From the NCBI GenBank assembly GCA_913056315.1, contig CAJXMZ010000001.1, forward strand, positions 31 to 64,030: a stretch of 64,000 bases of DNA, in the 5' to 3' direction. The position numbers were made by a program, and so were the translations under genes. The DNA is from an uncultured Ectothiorhodospiraceae bacterium. GTDB taxonomy: Bacteria; Pseudomonadota; Gammaproteobacteria; Nitrococcales; Nitrococcaceae. How positions within the stretch are numbered: the stretch's first letter is position 1; every line of letters starts with the position of its first letter. The notes below the pieces were generated by a model, which was not told the origin of the DNA, did no database searches, and was given only the letters and a program-made list of their open reading frames with translations. Positions 31,011-40,083 of the stretch are shown here, piece by piece.

Positions 31011-33141
31011 ACTGCGGAATTTTGCCAAACGGGTCGAGCTCAGGCGTGGTTAACAAGTTAGCGGCGGCCTCGCGAAAATGCATGGGTAAAAATAATGTCC
31101 CCAGCGCGACATCGCGCGTAATGTGCGCTTGCACCTCAACGGCGCCACGACGTGAGCGCAGCGTCGTCCAGCTGCCGTCAGTAATTCCCAAGCGCTTGGC
31201 ATCGCTGGGGTGGACCTCGACACGCGCCTCAGGGGCCAGTGCGTCTAGCGCCCTTGAGCGTCGGGTCATCACCCCCGTGTGCCAATGCTCAAGCTGTCGC
31301 CCGGTGTTGAGCACTAAGGGGTAGTCATCGTCGGGCAAATCCGGTGCCTGTCCAAGCTCAGCCGGTACAAAGCGGCCACGACCGATCGGGAATTGGTCGC
31401 CAAAGAGCACACGCTCGCCTTCGGAGTTGGCATCAGGGCAGGGGTACCAGCGTCCATGCTCGCCGAGTCGGTCGTAGGTTAAGTTGGCGTAGAGCGGAGC
31501 GGCCTGAACAAACTCATCGAACACCGCGGATTCGTCGGCGTAATCCCAGTCATGGCCTAGGCGCTGCGCCAGATCACGCAAAATATGCCAGTCTTGGCGC
31601 GCTTGCCCAGGGGGCTGGCGCACCGGGCGGCCAATTTGCACGCGACGATCAGTGTTGGTGAAGGTGCCGCGTTTTTCCATAAACGCCGAGGCCGGCAAAA
31701 TAACGTCGGCAAACTCCGCTGTTTCGGTAATAAACAAATCTTGCACCACCAAGCAATCAAGGCTGGATAGCGCTTTGCGTACTTGATTCATATCCGGATC
31801 AGACAGAAAAGGGTTTTCGCCCATGCAGTAGAGCCCGCGGATTTCGCCTTCCAGCGCAGCATGGGTGATCTCAGCAGTGGTCAGCCCAGGTTGCTCGGGC
31901 AGGCTGACATTCCATAATTGCTCAAAGCGCTCGCGCACACTGGCATCGCTGACTGCTTGGTAGCCTGGGTAGTACATCGGCACTAGGCCGGCGTCAGAGG
32001 CGCCCTGGACGTTGTTTTGTCCGCGCAGCGGATGCAATCCGGTGCCAGGTCGGCCAATATTGCCGGTTAGTAGCGCGAGTGCGATTAAACAGCGCGCATT
32101 ATCGGTGCCAAAGACGTGTTGGCTGATGCCCATACCCCAAAAGAACATCGCCGATTGGGCTTGGCCCAGGCGTCGGGCAAACGCGGTAATTTGTGCGGCC
32201 GGCACACCGGTCATGGCCTCGGCGGCCTCTGGTGTATAGGGCTTGACTGCTTTGGCCAGCGCTTCAAACCCTTCGGTACGCTGATCAATAAAGGCCTGAT
32301 CGTGCAGATCCTCGGCGATGATGACGTGCATGACCGCGTTATAAAAAGCCACATCGGATCCCGGCGTGATTTGGCAGTATTGCTCGCAATAGCTGGCCAT
32401 ACCGGGCCGACGTACATTGACCGCTAATAAGCCGGTGCCCTTGGCAGCGGCCTGTTTCATAAAGCTTGCAGCCACGGGGTGGTTGGCCGTGGGGTTGCAA
32501 CCGGCGATCACGGCCACTTCCGCGTTTTCGACATCACGCACCACGTTCGTCACCGCGCCGGACCCGATCCCTTCGATGAGCGCATACACCGACGAGGCAT
32601 GGCATAGCCGGGTGCAGTGGTCGACGTTATTGGTGCCTAGCACAGTGCGAATAAATTTTTGAAACAAATAGGCTTCTTCATTAGAGCCTTTCGCCGACCC
32701 AAAGCCGGCCAATGCATGCGCGCCGTGGGTATCGCGCACCTTAGCCAGCCCGCTGGCAGCCCGCTCGAGGGCCTCCTCCCAGGTGGCTTCGCGAAAATGT
32801 GGAAGCACCTCAGCGTAATCAACAATGCCACCGGGTTTGCGTGGACCGCTGCTATTAGCGCGGCTAAAGGTGGATAGCGGCCCGCGCGGATAGGCGTCGT
32901 CGCGGCGAATGAGCGGTCGAGTCAGGCGTTGCGGATGGGCGGCATAATCAAACCCATACCGGCCTTTAACGCATAGCCGCCCGGCATTGGATGCGCCATC
33001 GCGGCCTTTGGCGTAATGAATAACGCCCTCGCTGTCGCTGCCGTAATTCAGCGCACAGCCGACGCCGCAGTAAGGGCAAAGGGTGGCTGTTTCAGTGAGA
33101 TCGCTGAAAGTCGCGTTTGTTGAGTCGGCGAACTGTTTCAT
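30925..33141 (-). CDS. Formate dehydrogenase catalytic (Mo/W-bisPGD) subunit, Cys-ligated
   Basis: CPYCGVGC...LCVKGRYG, NNVDHCTRLCHAS, LRGQNNVQGASD.G, C-terminal TGR.L.HWHTG.MTRR; own AAGGAG RBS. Confidence 0.93.
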   Translation of the reverse strand: MKQFADSTNATFSDLTETATLCPYCGVGCALNYGSDSEGVIHYAKGRDGASNAGRLCVKGRYGFDYAAHPQRLTRPLIRRDDAYPRGPLSTFSRANSSGPRKPGGIVDYAEVLPHFREATWEEALERAASGLAKVRDTHGAHALAGFGSAKGSNEEAYLFQKFIRTVLGTNNVDHCTRLCHASSVYALIEGIGSGAVTNVVRDVENAEVAVIAGCNPTANHPVAASFMKQAAAKGTGLLAVNVRRPGMASYCEQYCQITPGSDVAFYNAVMHVIIAEDLHDQAFIDQRTEGFEALAKAVKPYTPEAAEAMTGVPAAQITAFARRLGQAQSAMFFWGMGISQHVFGTDNARCLIALALLTGNIGRPGTGLHPLRGQNNVQGASDAGLVPMYYPGYQAVSDASVRERFEQLWNVSLPEQPGLTTAEITHAALEGEIRGLYCMGENPFLSDPDMNQVRKALSSLDCLVVQDLFITETAEFADVILPASAFMEKRGTFTNTDRRVQIGRPVRQPPGQARQDWHILRDLAQRLGHDWDYADESAVFDEFVQAAPLYANLTYDRLGEHGRWYPCPDANSEGERVLFGDQFPIGRGRFVPAELGQAPDLPDDDYPLVLNTGRQLEHWHTGVMTRRSRALDALAPEARVEVHPSDAKRLGITDGSWTTLRSRRGAVEVQAHITRDVALGTLFLPMHFREAAANLLTTPELDPFGKIPQFKICAVALAPLSTPLTPPQPDAVSHAAG

Positions 33142-33153
33142 GGTCGCGTCTCC

Positions 33154-33810
33154 TTAGCCGGCGTCCGTAGTCGCCAGTGATTGGTGGGTCAGCGCGCCGG
33201 TTGGGCAAACCGCAACGCATTCGCCGCAGGACACACAACTGCTCTCACCCATGGGAACATCTAAATCAAACGCGATACGCGCGCTGTATCCCTTGCCGGT
33301 CCGGGTGATGACATCGTTGTGCTGTATATCGTCACAGGCACGCACACAGCGATCACACATAATGCAGGCTTGATGATCAACGGCGATGACCGGTGAGCTG
33401 GCATCTTGGCCGCGTGGCTGGCGCTCGCTTTGATCAGGCCAGGGAATATCGGTGACTTTAACTTCGCGGGCCAAGGCATAGAGCTTGTCATCGCCGGTGG
33501 TTTGCTCGCGTTGCGAGACCGCGGGTTGATCGGCCAGCAATAATTCGGTGAGCACCCGGCGATGGGCCATAATCTCTTGGGTGTCGGTGCGAACTTCCAT
33601 ATCCGGGCTGACCGCGCGAACGCAAGCCGCGGGCAAGGTGCGCTCGCCCACATCAACTGCGCACACTCGACACACGCCCACGGGGTCAAGGCGTGGGTCA
33701 TGGCACAACACGGGAATGTCGATGCCAAGCGTTTGCGCCGCATCCCAAATGGTCGTGCCTTCCGGCACGGTGACACGGCGGCCGTCGATGGTTAGCGTGA
33801 CATCACTCAT
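33154..33810 (-). CDS. FDH Fe-S subunit (2Fe-2S + 2x4Fe-4S; the N-terminal module of FdsA/NuoG as a separate gene)
   Basis: IPVLCH.....GVCRVC.V.....C; CIMCDRCVRAC; CVSCGECVAVCPTGAL. Confidence 0.9.
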   Translation of the reverse strand: MSDVTLTIDGRRVTVPEGTTIWDAAQTLGIDIPVLCHDPRLDPVGVCRVCAVDVGERTLPAACVRAVSPDMEVRTDTQEIMAHRRVLTELLLADQPAVSQREQTTGDDKLYALAREVKVTDIPWPDQSERQPRGQDASSPVIAVDHQACIMCDRCVRACDDIQHNDVITRTGKGYSARIAFDLDVPMGESSCVSCGECVAVCPTGALTHQSLATTDAG

Positions 33811-35429
33811 GCGTTGTCCTTTTGCAGGGCCTTTAACGAGGGGTCATCGGGAAAGGTTTTAAGCGCATCAACAATCGGTAGTAAGGCGACTTGGCCAAGC
33901 CCGCAAATGGATGTGCGCATGAGCGTATCGTGCAGCTCGCTTAAGGGCTGGCTAATGTCGCGCCCGCCTTTATTAACCGCGTCATAGGCCATGGCAACGC
34001 CCTTAGTGGAGCCGCTGCGGCAGGGTACGCACTTGCCACAGGATTCATTGCGAAAAAACCGTGCTTGGGTAATGACAACATCAGCCAAATTACGGCCTGT
34101 TCCCACAACAAAAAGCGCGCCGGTGCCAAGACCGCTGCCTGCCTCGCGCAGCGTTTCAAACGCCATCGGGGTATCCGCAGCGCTGGCGGGTAGAAACGGC
34201 GTTGAGGCCCCGCCGGGTGAAAAGGCCAGCAAATCGCGATCGGCACGCATGCCGCCGCAGGCCGCGATGGCTTGGGTCACCGGGCTGCCCCACGGCAGAC
34301 ACACGACTTGGGGATGCTCGACATCACCGGAGACACTAAAATACTTCAGCCCTGCATAGTCGCCTACGCCCTGATCGCGCCACCACTGCGCGCCGCGCGC
34401 TAAGATGGTGGTCACCGCAGCTAACGTTTCCACGTTGTTAATTAGGGTTGGCCCACCATGCAGCCCCGCGGTCACGGGAAAGGGCGGCTTGTGCCGTGGC
34501 TCACCACGGCGGTCTTCAAGCGCTTCGAGTAATGCGGTTTCCTCGCCTAAAATATAGCCACCGGGTGAGATAAATAGCTCAATATCAAAGGCAAGCCCTG
34601 GGCCACGGGCATTGTCGCCCAGTACACCCTGGGCACGCGCTTGCTCCAGCGCAGTCTCAATATGCTGGCGAGCGGTTTCGTATTCGTGGCGAAGGTAAAT
34701 AATACCCGTATCGGCATTAATCACCGCTGCGCCCATGAGCATGCCTTCGATGATGAGATGTGGTGCTTGTTCGAGTAAAAGCCGGTCTTTAAATGTCCCG
34801 GGCTCACTTTCATCGGCGTTGCAAATGACGCTGCGAGGCCCGCCCTCAGCGGCTCGAGTAAACGACCACTTGCGCGCGGTCGGAAAGGCCGCGCCACCGA
34901 GTCCTTGCAGTCCGGACGCCTCAAGCGCTTCGATCACTTGTTCGGCTGGGCGCGCTAGCCACTCACGGCTCGTGGTGTAGTGCTGGGTTTGCGTTGGGTA
35001 GGGGTCGGTTGGCAGCGGCGCAGCCAGCGGTTGTGCAGGACGCTCGAGCGCATTGGGCCGGTCGAGTAGCACGTCAATGTCGCTTGCCTGTGGCAGCGTC
35101 CCATAGTGCTTGTCATCAATGGCAACCGCCGGAGCGCAATCGCATTGCCCGAGGCAAGAGACATACTCAACATCAATACGGCTATCATCGTCGAGGGCTT
35201 CGGCTAGGGCTTTGGCCTTGGCTTGGCCATGTAGGCGGCAGGGCCCATCGCGACAAATTTGGATTCGATGGGCGGCGCCGGCAGTCTCACGAAACACCGG
35301 GTAGAAGCTGCGCAGTCCTTGGAGTTGATACAGGGGAATGCCGCGGCGCTCGGCGACGGCTTTAAGCGCTTCGTCGGTGAGCGCGCCGGTGCTCGCTTGG
35401 ATGGATTCGAGCTCACTGAGCAGCCGCAT
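33807..35429 (-). CDS. FDH diaphorase subunit, NuoE-NuoF fusion (2Fe-2S, FMN/NAD, 4Fe-4S)
   Basis: CRDGPC...CLGQCDCAP; GL.GLGGAAFPT..KW; NADESEPGTFKDR; YILGEETAL; ESCGKCVPCR..SICGLG. Confidence 0.92.
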   Translation of the reverse strand: MRLLSELESIQASTGALTDEALKAVAERRGIPLYQLQGLRSFYPVFRETAGAAHRIQICRDGPCRLHGQAKAKALAEALDDDSRIDVEYVSCLGQCDCAPAVAIDDKHYGTLPQASDIDVLLDRPNALERPAQPLAAPLPTDPYPTQTQHYTTSREWLARPAEQVIEALEASGLQGLGGAAFPTARKWSFTRAAEGGPRSVICNADESEPGTFKDRLLLEQAPHLIIEGMLMGAAVINADTGIIYLRHEYETARQHIETALEQARAQGVLGDNARGPGLAFDIELFISPGGYILGEETALLEALEDRRGEPRHKPPFPVTAGLHGGPTLINNVETLAAVTTILARGAQWWRDQGVGDYAGLKYFSVSGDVEHPQVVCLPWGSPVTQAIAACGGMRADRDLLAFSPGGASTPFLPASAADTPMAFETLREAGSGLGTGALFVVGTGRNLADVVITQARFFRNESCGKCVPCRSGSTKGVAMAYDAVNKGGRDISQPLSELHDTLMRTSICGLGQVALLPIVDALKTFPDDPSLKALQKDNA

Positions 35430-35550
35430 TTAATCTCTCCCCAGCTCAATTTATTTTGCGGTGTATTTTGTATCATGCCCACAATCGTCATGTCTGCCTA
35501 TGTGCGACAGTGCTTTGCCAACATCGACAAACAAGGACAGGGGGAGGGCG

Positions 35551-36666
35551 ATGACGCGTCTTAGCGAACACGCGCTGCAAGTCTTAATTGGCACGCGCAA
35601 GGGCTTGTTTATTGCCCGCAGCGACCAGCAGCGCCAGCGCTGGTGCGTCGATGGGCCGTATATACCAGGCTATGAAATTCAAGCGGCTTTTTTTGATCCG
35701 CGCGATCCAGCCAAAGGGTATGCAGCGGCGCATCATCCGGTGTGGGGGGTTCATATTTATGGTACGAACAATGCCGGGCAAGACTGGCTGCCGTTAGTCG
35801 AGGTGCCTCGCCATAGCACCGATGATGATCCAAGTAGTCTTAAAATGATTTGGTCACTCGCCCCGGGGATGCCCCATGAAGCTGATCAGATTCTTGCCGG
35901 CATCGAGCCGCCCGGCGTTTTTGTTGGCGTCGATCAGGGTGCTCAATGGCAGGGGGTGTCCGGGTTTAATCAGCATGCTGATCGCGCTCATTGGCATCCG
36001 GCTAAAGGCGGATTGGCGGTGCATTCGGTGCAGGTGGATCCGCATCAACCTAACCGGTGGTTTGCGGCGATGTCAGCCGGCGGCGTGTATCGATCGGATG
36101 ATGCGGGGGTAAGTTGGCAGGCGCGCAACCACGGCGTGCGTGCGCCTTATCTGGCCAATACCCAAGCACATTGTGGGCAGTGTATTCATCGCTTATTAGT
36201 CCACCCTGCACAGGCAGGTCGGTGCTATCAGCAAAGCCATCACGGGCTCTACCGCAGCGATAATGCGGGGGATAGCTGGCAGGAGATTAGCGCGGGGTTA
36301 CCCAGCGATTTTGGTTATGCCTTGGCCACTGACCCGCGCAACGCAGACTGCATTTATTGTGTTCCAGAAGAAAGCAGCCAGTTCCGAGCCACCGCCGAGG
36401 GGCGTTTGCGGGTGTATCGCAGCGTTGATGCGGGGGCACATTGGGAGCCGCTGACCCAGGGTCTGCCGCAGAAGAACGTGTTTGTGACCGTGCTTCGCGA
36501 TGGTTTGAGCGGTGATGGTCTAGACCCGCTGGGGTTGTATTTGGGCACCTCAAGCGGGCATTTATTTGCCAGCGCCAATGCCGGCGAGCAATGGCAGCTG
36601 ATCGCCGGTTATCTACCCGGTATTTTATGCGTTAACGCCGGTCACAACAGCGCACTGCCGTTATGA
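35551..36666 (+). CDS. BNR/Asp-box beta-propeller protein of unknown function
   Basis: LIGTRKGLF N-terminus, repeated Asp-boxes (YRSDDAG.SW, YRSDNAGDSW, YRSVDAG.HW, SANAGEQW), GLPSDFG; GGAGG RBS before ATG 35551. Confidence 0.85.
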   Translation: MTRLSEHALQVLIGTRKGLFIARSDQQRQRWCVDGPYIPGYEIQAAFFDPRDPAKGYAAAHHPVWGVHIYGTNNAGQDWLPLVEVPRHSTDDDPSSLKMIWSLAPGMPHEADQILAGIEPPGVFVGVDQGAQWQGVSGFNQHADRAHWHPAKGGLAVHSVQVDPHQPNRWFAAMSAGGVYRSDDAGVSWQARNHGVRAPYLANTQAHCGQCIHRLLVHPAQAGRCYQQSHHGLYRSDNAGDSWQEISAGLPSDFGYALATDPRNADCIYCVPEESSQFRATAEGRLRVYRSVDAGAHWEPLTQGLPQKNVFVTVLRDGLSGDGLDPLGLYLGTSSGHLFASANAGEQWQLIAGYLPGILCVNAGHNSALPL

Positions 36667-37415
36667 GTCAGGCATTACTTGATGCCCTGGCAGCGCACGA
36701 AGGGATTGTTTGCGCGGTGGGTGCGGGTGGTAAGAAAAGTCTGCTGTATCGCCTGCTCAGCGCGCACTCAGGTCGCGTGGGGCTTACCGCCAGCGCCATG
36801 AGCGCACCGCCCCCGCGGCGCTTGGTTGACTGGCGCGGCATTGAATCGGCGCAGGTGCTTGATGAACAAATTCCTCGCGCGGCGATGACACACCGGCGTT
36901 TGGCATTTGCCTGTCCGAGTGAGAAATCAGGACGAGTCAGCGGTCTGGCCGTGGAGCAAATCGCGCGTTTGCATACACAAGTACCCTTCGATCTGACGTT
37001 GGTAAAAGCCGATGGCGCGCGTATGCGCGGCATTAAAGCGCCCGGGCCGCACGAGCCGCTGATTGTCCCGGGCACACAAACGCTCATTTATGTGGTGTCT
37101 GCGGGGGTAATTGGCGCGCGTTTAAATGCCGATAACGCCCATCGCCCAGAGCGCTTGGCTGAGTGTTTGGACATGCAACTCAATGAGCGCATTACCTCGG
37201 CGCATATCGGGGCCTTACTCGCGCACCCCGAAGTCATTCATCAAAACGCCGGCCAAGCGCAGGTGATCGCATTGATCAATCAGGTGGATAACGCTGAACG
37301 CCGCGCGCTCGCTCGCGCCGCTGCCGAATCGGCGATGATGGCGAGGCGACCGCCGGCGCGGGTGGTGTTGGGTGCGATGACGGCGACCAACCCCCTAGTG
37401 GATATTGTCGCTTGA
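36663..37415 (+). CDS. yqeC: YqeC-family accessory protein (selenium-dependent molybdenum hydroxylase system)
   Basis: VGAGGKKS P-loop-like motif, LVKADGAR...KAP..HEP, HRPE, INQVD. Confidence 0.75.
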   Translation: MSQALLDALAAHEGIVCAVGAGGKKSLLYRLLSAHSGRVGLTASAMSAPPPRRLVDWRGIESAQVLDEQIPRAAMTHRRLAFACPSEKSGRVSGLAVEQIARLHTQVPFDLTLVKADGARMRGIKAPGPHEPLIVPGTQTLIYVVSAGVIGARLNADNAHRPERLAECLDMQLNERITSAHIGALLAHPEVIHQNAGQAQVIALINQVDNAERRALARAAAESAMMARRPPARVVLGAMTATNPLVDIVA

Positions 37416-37442
37416 GTCACAGGCAAGGCACACTGCAAGGCT

Positions 37443-37721
37443 ATGGATAACGTCACGATCGAATTGCCCGCCGCGCTGCAAGCCTTGGCTCAGGGGCACG
37501 CGCAGGTGCAGGTCTCGGCGGCAACGGTGGCGCAAGCACTGGCTGCGTTGCAACAGCGCCACTGGCAGGTGGGCTTACGGGTGTTAACCCGCGGTGGGCA
37601 GCTGCGCGCGCATGTGAATGTTTTTGTTGATGAACAAGACATTCGCGCCCAACGCGGGTTAGACACCCGCCTCGAGCCGGGTCAGCGATTGCTGATTGTG
37701 GCCTCGGTTGCCGGCGGGTAG
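37443..37721 (+). CDS. MoaD/ThiS-family ubiquitin-like sulfur carrier
   Basis: 92 aa, ATVAQAL, HVNVFVD..DIR...GLDT.L, C-terminal VAGG. Confidence 0.9.
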   Translation: MDNVTIELPAALQALAQGHAQVQVSAATVAQALAALQQRHWQVGLRVLTRGGQLRAHVNVFVDEQDIRAQRGLDTRLEPGQRLLIVASVAGG

Positions 37722-37726
37722 AGCGC

Positions 37727-38338
37727 ATGGATGTGAGTGGATTAATTCTTGCCGGTGGTCGGGCCACCCGAATGGGAGGCGAGGACAAGGGGCTGGTGCC
37801 ATTGGCTGGCACCGCCATGATCACCCATGTCATTGCCCGGTTTGCGCCACAAGTTGATCAGGTCGCGATTAATGCCAACCGACATACAACCGAGTATCAG
37901 GCACTCGGCTATTCGGTGGTTGCCGATGAAAGCCCTGATTTTGCCGGCCCGCTCGCGGGTATGTTGGCTGGGCTGGCCTGGTGTTCGAGCGCCTACTTAC
38001 AAATTGTGCCGTGTGATGGGCCCCTTTTAGCCAGTGATCTGGTTATGCGATTACGCACGGCCATTGCCGATGCCGATGTCGCGGTCGCGCATGATGGGGA
38101 GCGGCTGCAGCCTGCGCATTTGCTTATTGCCGCGCATCGATATGCGCATTTACAGGCTTATATCGCCGATGGCGGCCGTAAAATTGATCACTGGCTGGCG
38201 CAATTGCGCTACCAAACGGTGGACTTTAGCGATCGACGGGCGATGTTTATTAACGTCAACACACTCAGCGAGCGCGATGCGATGGCCGCCATGATTCAAA
38301 ACCCTGAGCTGGAGGCAGCGCATGACGCAAACCCCTGA
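37727..38338 (+). CDS. mobA: Molybdenum cofactor guanylyltransferase
   Basis: LILAGGRATRMGGEDKG, GPLAG, PCD.P, NVNT. Confidence 0.93.
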   Translation: MDVSGLILAGGRATRMGGEDKGLVPLAGTAMITHVIARFAPQVDQVAINANRHTTEYQALGYSVVADESPDFAGPLAGMLAGLAWCSSAYLQIVPCDGPLLASDLVMRLRTAIADADVAVAHDGERLQPAHLLIAAHRYAHLQAYIADGGRKIDHWLAQLRYQTVDFSDRRAMFINVNTLSERDAMAAMIQNPELEAAHDANP

Positions 38339-39575
38339 ACTCCCGGGCTGCGGCCATGATGCGCCGGCGATTGCGCTGGCTGAGGCGCTCGATCGTATTC
38401 GGGCTTTGCTTGAACCCATCGATGGCCAACATCGGGTTGCGTTGCGCAGCGGCCTAGGCGAGGTTTTAGCGCAACCGATTGTTGCCCCGGCCGCGGTGCC
38501 CGCGCATGACAACGCCGCCATGGATGGTTATGCCATACGCCACAGCGACGCGGATCGCGACCCATTGCAAGTGGTGGGAAGCGCGTTTGCCGGTCATCCG
38601 TATACCGATCGCACGCTCGCACCGGGTGAGTGCGTTCGCATTATGACCGGGGGTGTGGTGCCCGACGGTGCCGATGCGGTGGTGATGCAAGAGCGTGTTC
38701 ATGCCAGCGGCGATACCGTGGAAGTCCGGCATTGGCCGGAGCAAGGCGAAAACATTCGCCTTGCCGGTGAGGACTTGGCGCCTGGCGATACTATTTTGGC
38801 GCCAGGACGGCGCTTAAATGCCGCTGACCTCGGCTTGATCGCTTCGGTGGGACAAGCCGAAATATGGGTTAAGCGACCCTTGCGAGTGGCTTTTTTTTCA
38901 ACCGGTGATGAGCTTCGCAGTTTGGGCCAAACACTGGGTCCAGGCGAGCTCTACGACAGCAATCGCTACACCCTCTACGGCATGCTCAGCCGCTTGGGCG
39001 TGAGCTTGCTTGATTTAGGCGTGGTGCCTGACGACCCTGCTGCATTACAGCAGGCGCTGGATCAAGGGGCGCGCGAGGCCGATGTGATTTTAAGTTCAGG
39101 CGGTGTTTCGGTTGGCGAAGCCGACTATATGGTCGATTTGCTCAAAGCCGGCGGCCAAGCTCATTTGTGGCGGATTGCAATGAAGCCGGGACGACCGCTG
39201 ACTTTTGGGCGCTATGGGTCAGCGTGGTATTTCGGCCTGCCCGGTAACCCAGTATCCGTCATGGTGACGTTTACTCAGGTGGTTGTCCCGGCGTTGCGCT
39301 ATCTCGTGGGTGAGCAGCACACCCCCGCGCGACGCTTTTCAGTGCGTTGTCAGGGGCCATTGCGTAAGCGCCCAGGCCGCCAGGAGTTTCAGCGTGGGCG
39401 ACTGATGGAACAATCCGATGGAACACTACGGGTGGAGAGTGTCGGCAAGCAGGGGTCAGGTATTTTGCGCTCTATGAGCGAGGCGAATTGTTTTATTGTT
39501 TTGCCCGCGGATTCTGAGTCAGTGGCGTCCGGAGAATGGGTGGTGGTCGAGCCTTTTTTGGCGGGTGGACTTTAA
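38322..39575 (+). CDS. moeA: Molybdopterin molybdotransferase
   Basis: AMDGYA, RIMTGG..P.GADAVVMQE, FSTGDEL, SGGVSVGEAD, KPGRP, LPGNPVS. Confidence 0.95.
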   Translation: MTQTPELPGCGHDAPAIALAEALDRIRALLEPIDGQHRVALRSGLGEVLAQPIVAPAAVPAHDNAAMDGYAIRHSDADRDPLQVVGSAFAGHPYTDRTLAPGECVRIMTGGVVPDGADAVVMQERVHASGDTVEVRHWPEQGENIRLAGEDLAPGDTILAPGRRLNAADLGLIASVGQAEIWVKRPLRVAFFSTGDELRSLGQTLGPGELYDSNRYTLYGMLSRLGVSLLDLGVVPDDPAALQQALDQGAREADVILSSGGVSVGEADYMVDLLKAGGQAHLWRIAMKPGRPLTFGRYGSAWYFGLPGNPVSVMVTFTQVVVPALRYLVGEQHTPARRFSVRCQGPLRKRPGRQEFQRGRLMEQSDGTLRVESVGKQGSGILRSMSEANCFIVLPADSESVASGEWVVVEPFLAGGL

Positions 39576-39579
39576 GTCG

Positions 39580-39608
39580 TTGACGCTTGCCAGATTAGGG
39601 GATATTTT
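39580..39608 (+). promoter_or_regulatory. Candidate sigma70 promoter for the CoA-binding/ECH/acyl-CoA ligase genes
   Basis: TTGACG-N17-TATTTT, ending 38 bp before ATG 39647. Confidence 0.45.
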
Positions 39609-39646
39609 CGCCTTCTAAGCAATGCACCTAATCCTTAGGTTCACAA

Positions 39647-40078
39647 ATGAAAAACCATCTGCAATACGATGATCCTAAAGAAATTCTTGGCTGGGTTAAG
39701 CGCATCGCGATGGTGGGTGCGAGCCCGAATCCAAGTAAAGCCAGCAACCGAGTGCTCAATGACTTAACCCGGCGCGGCTATACCGTCATCCCGGTCAATC
39801 CACGGCCGGGGTTAACCGATATTGATGGATTGCCTGTGTATTCATCGCTCGAGGCCATTGATCAAGCCGTCGACATGGTCGACGTGTTTCGCCCGGCGGC
39901 TGAGTTGCCGGCGATTGCGCAACAGGCGGTTGCCATTGGCGCGCAAGTATTTTGGGCACAGCTCGACATCGAAAATGCTCAGGCTGCCGATATTGCCCGG
40001 CAAAGTGGTTTGAAAGTGGTCATGAATCGTTGCCCGAGCATTGAACTTGCTGACACCCCCATTCCCAACCCGGAGTAA
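39647..40078 (+). CDS. CoA-binding protein (YccU-like)
   Basis: IAMVGAS.NP, PVNP, VDMVDVFR, W.QL, VVMNRC. Confidence 0.9.
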   Translation: MKNHLQYDDPKEILGWVKRIAMVGASPNPSKASNRVLNDLTRRGYTVIPVNPRPGLTDIDGLPVYSSLEAIDQAVDMVDVFRPAAELPAIAQQAVAIGAQVFWAQLDIENAQAADIARQSGLKVVMNRCPSIELADTPIPNPE

Positions 40079-40083
40079 ATCCC

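Noticed and set aside
32590-32625. Selenocysteine in FDH, suggested by nearby yqeC
   Set aside because: The active-site codon is TGC (Cys) in RLCHAS, with no in-frame TGA.
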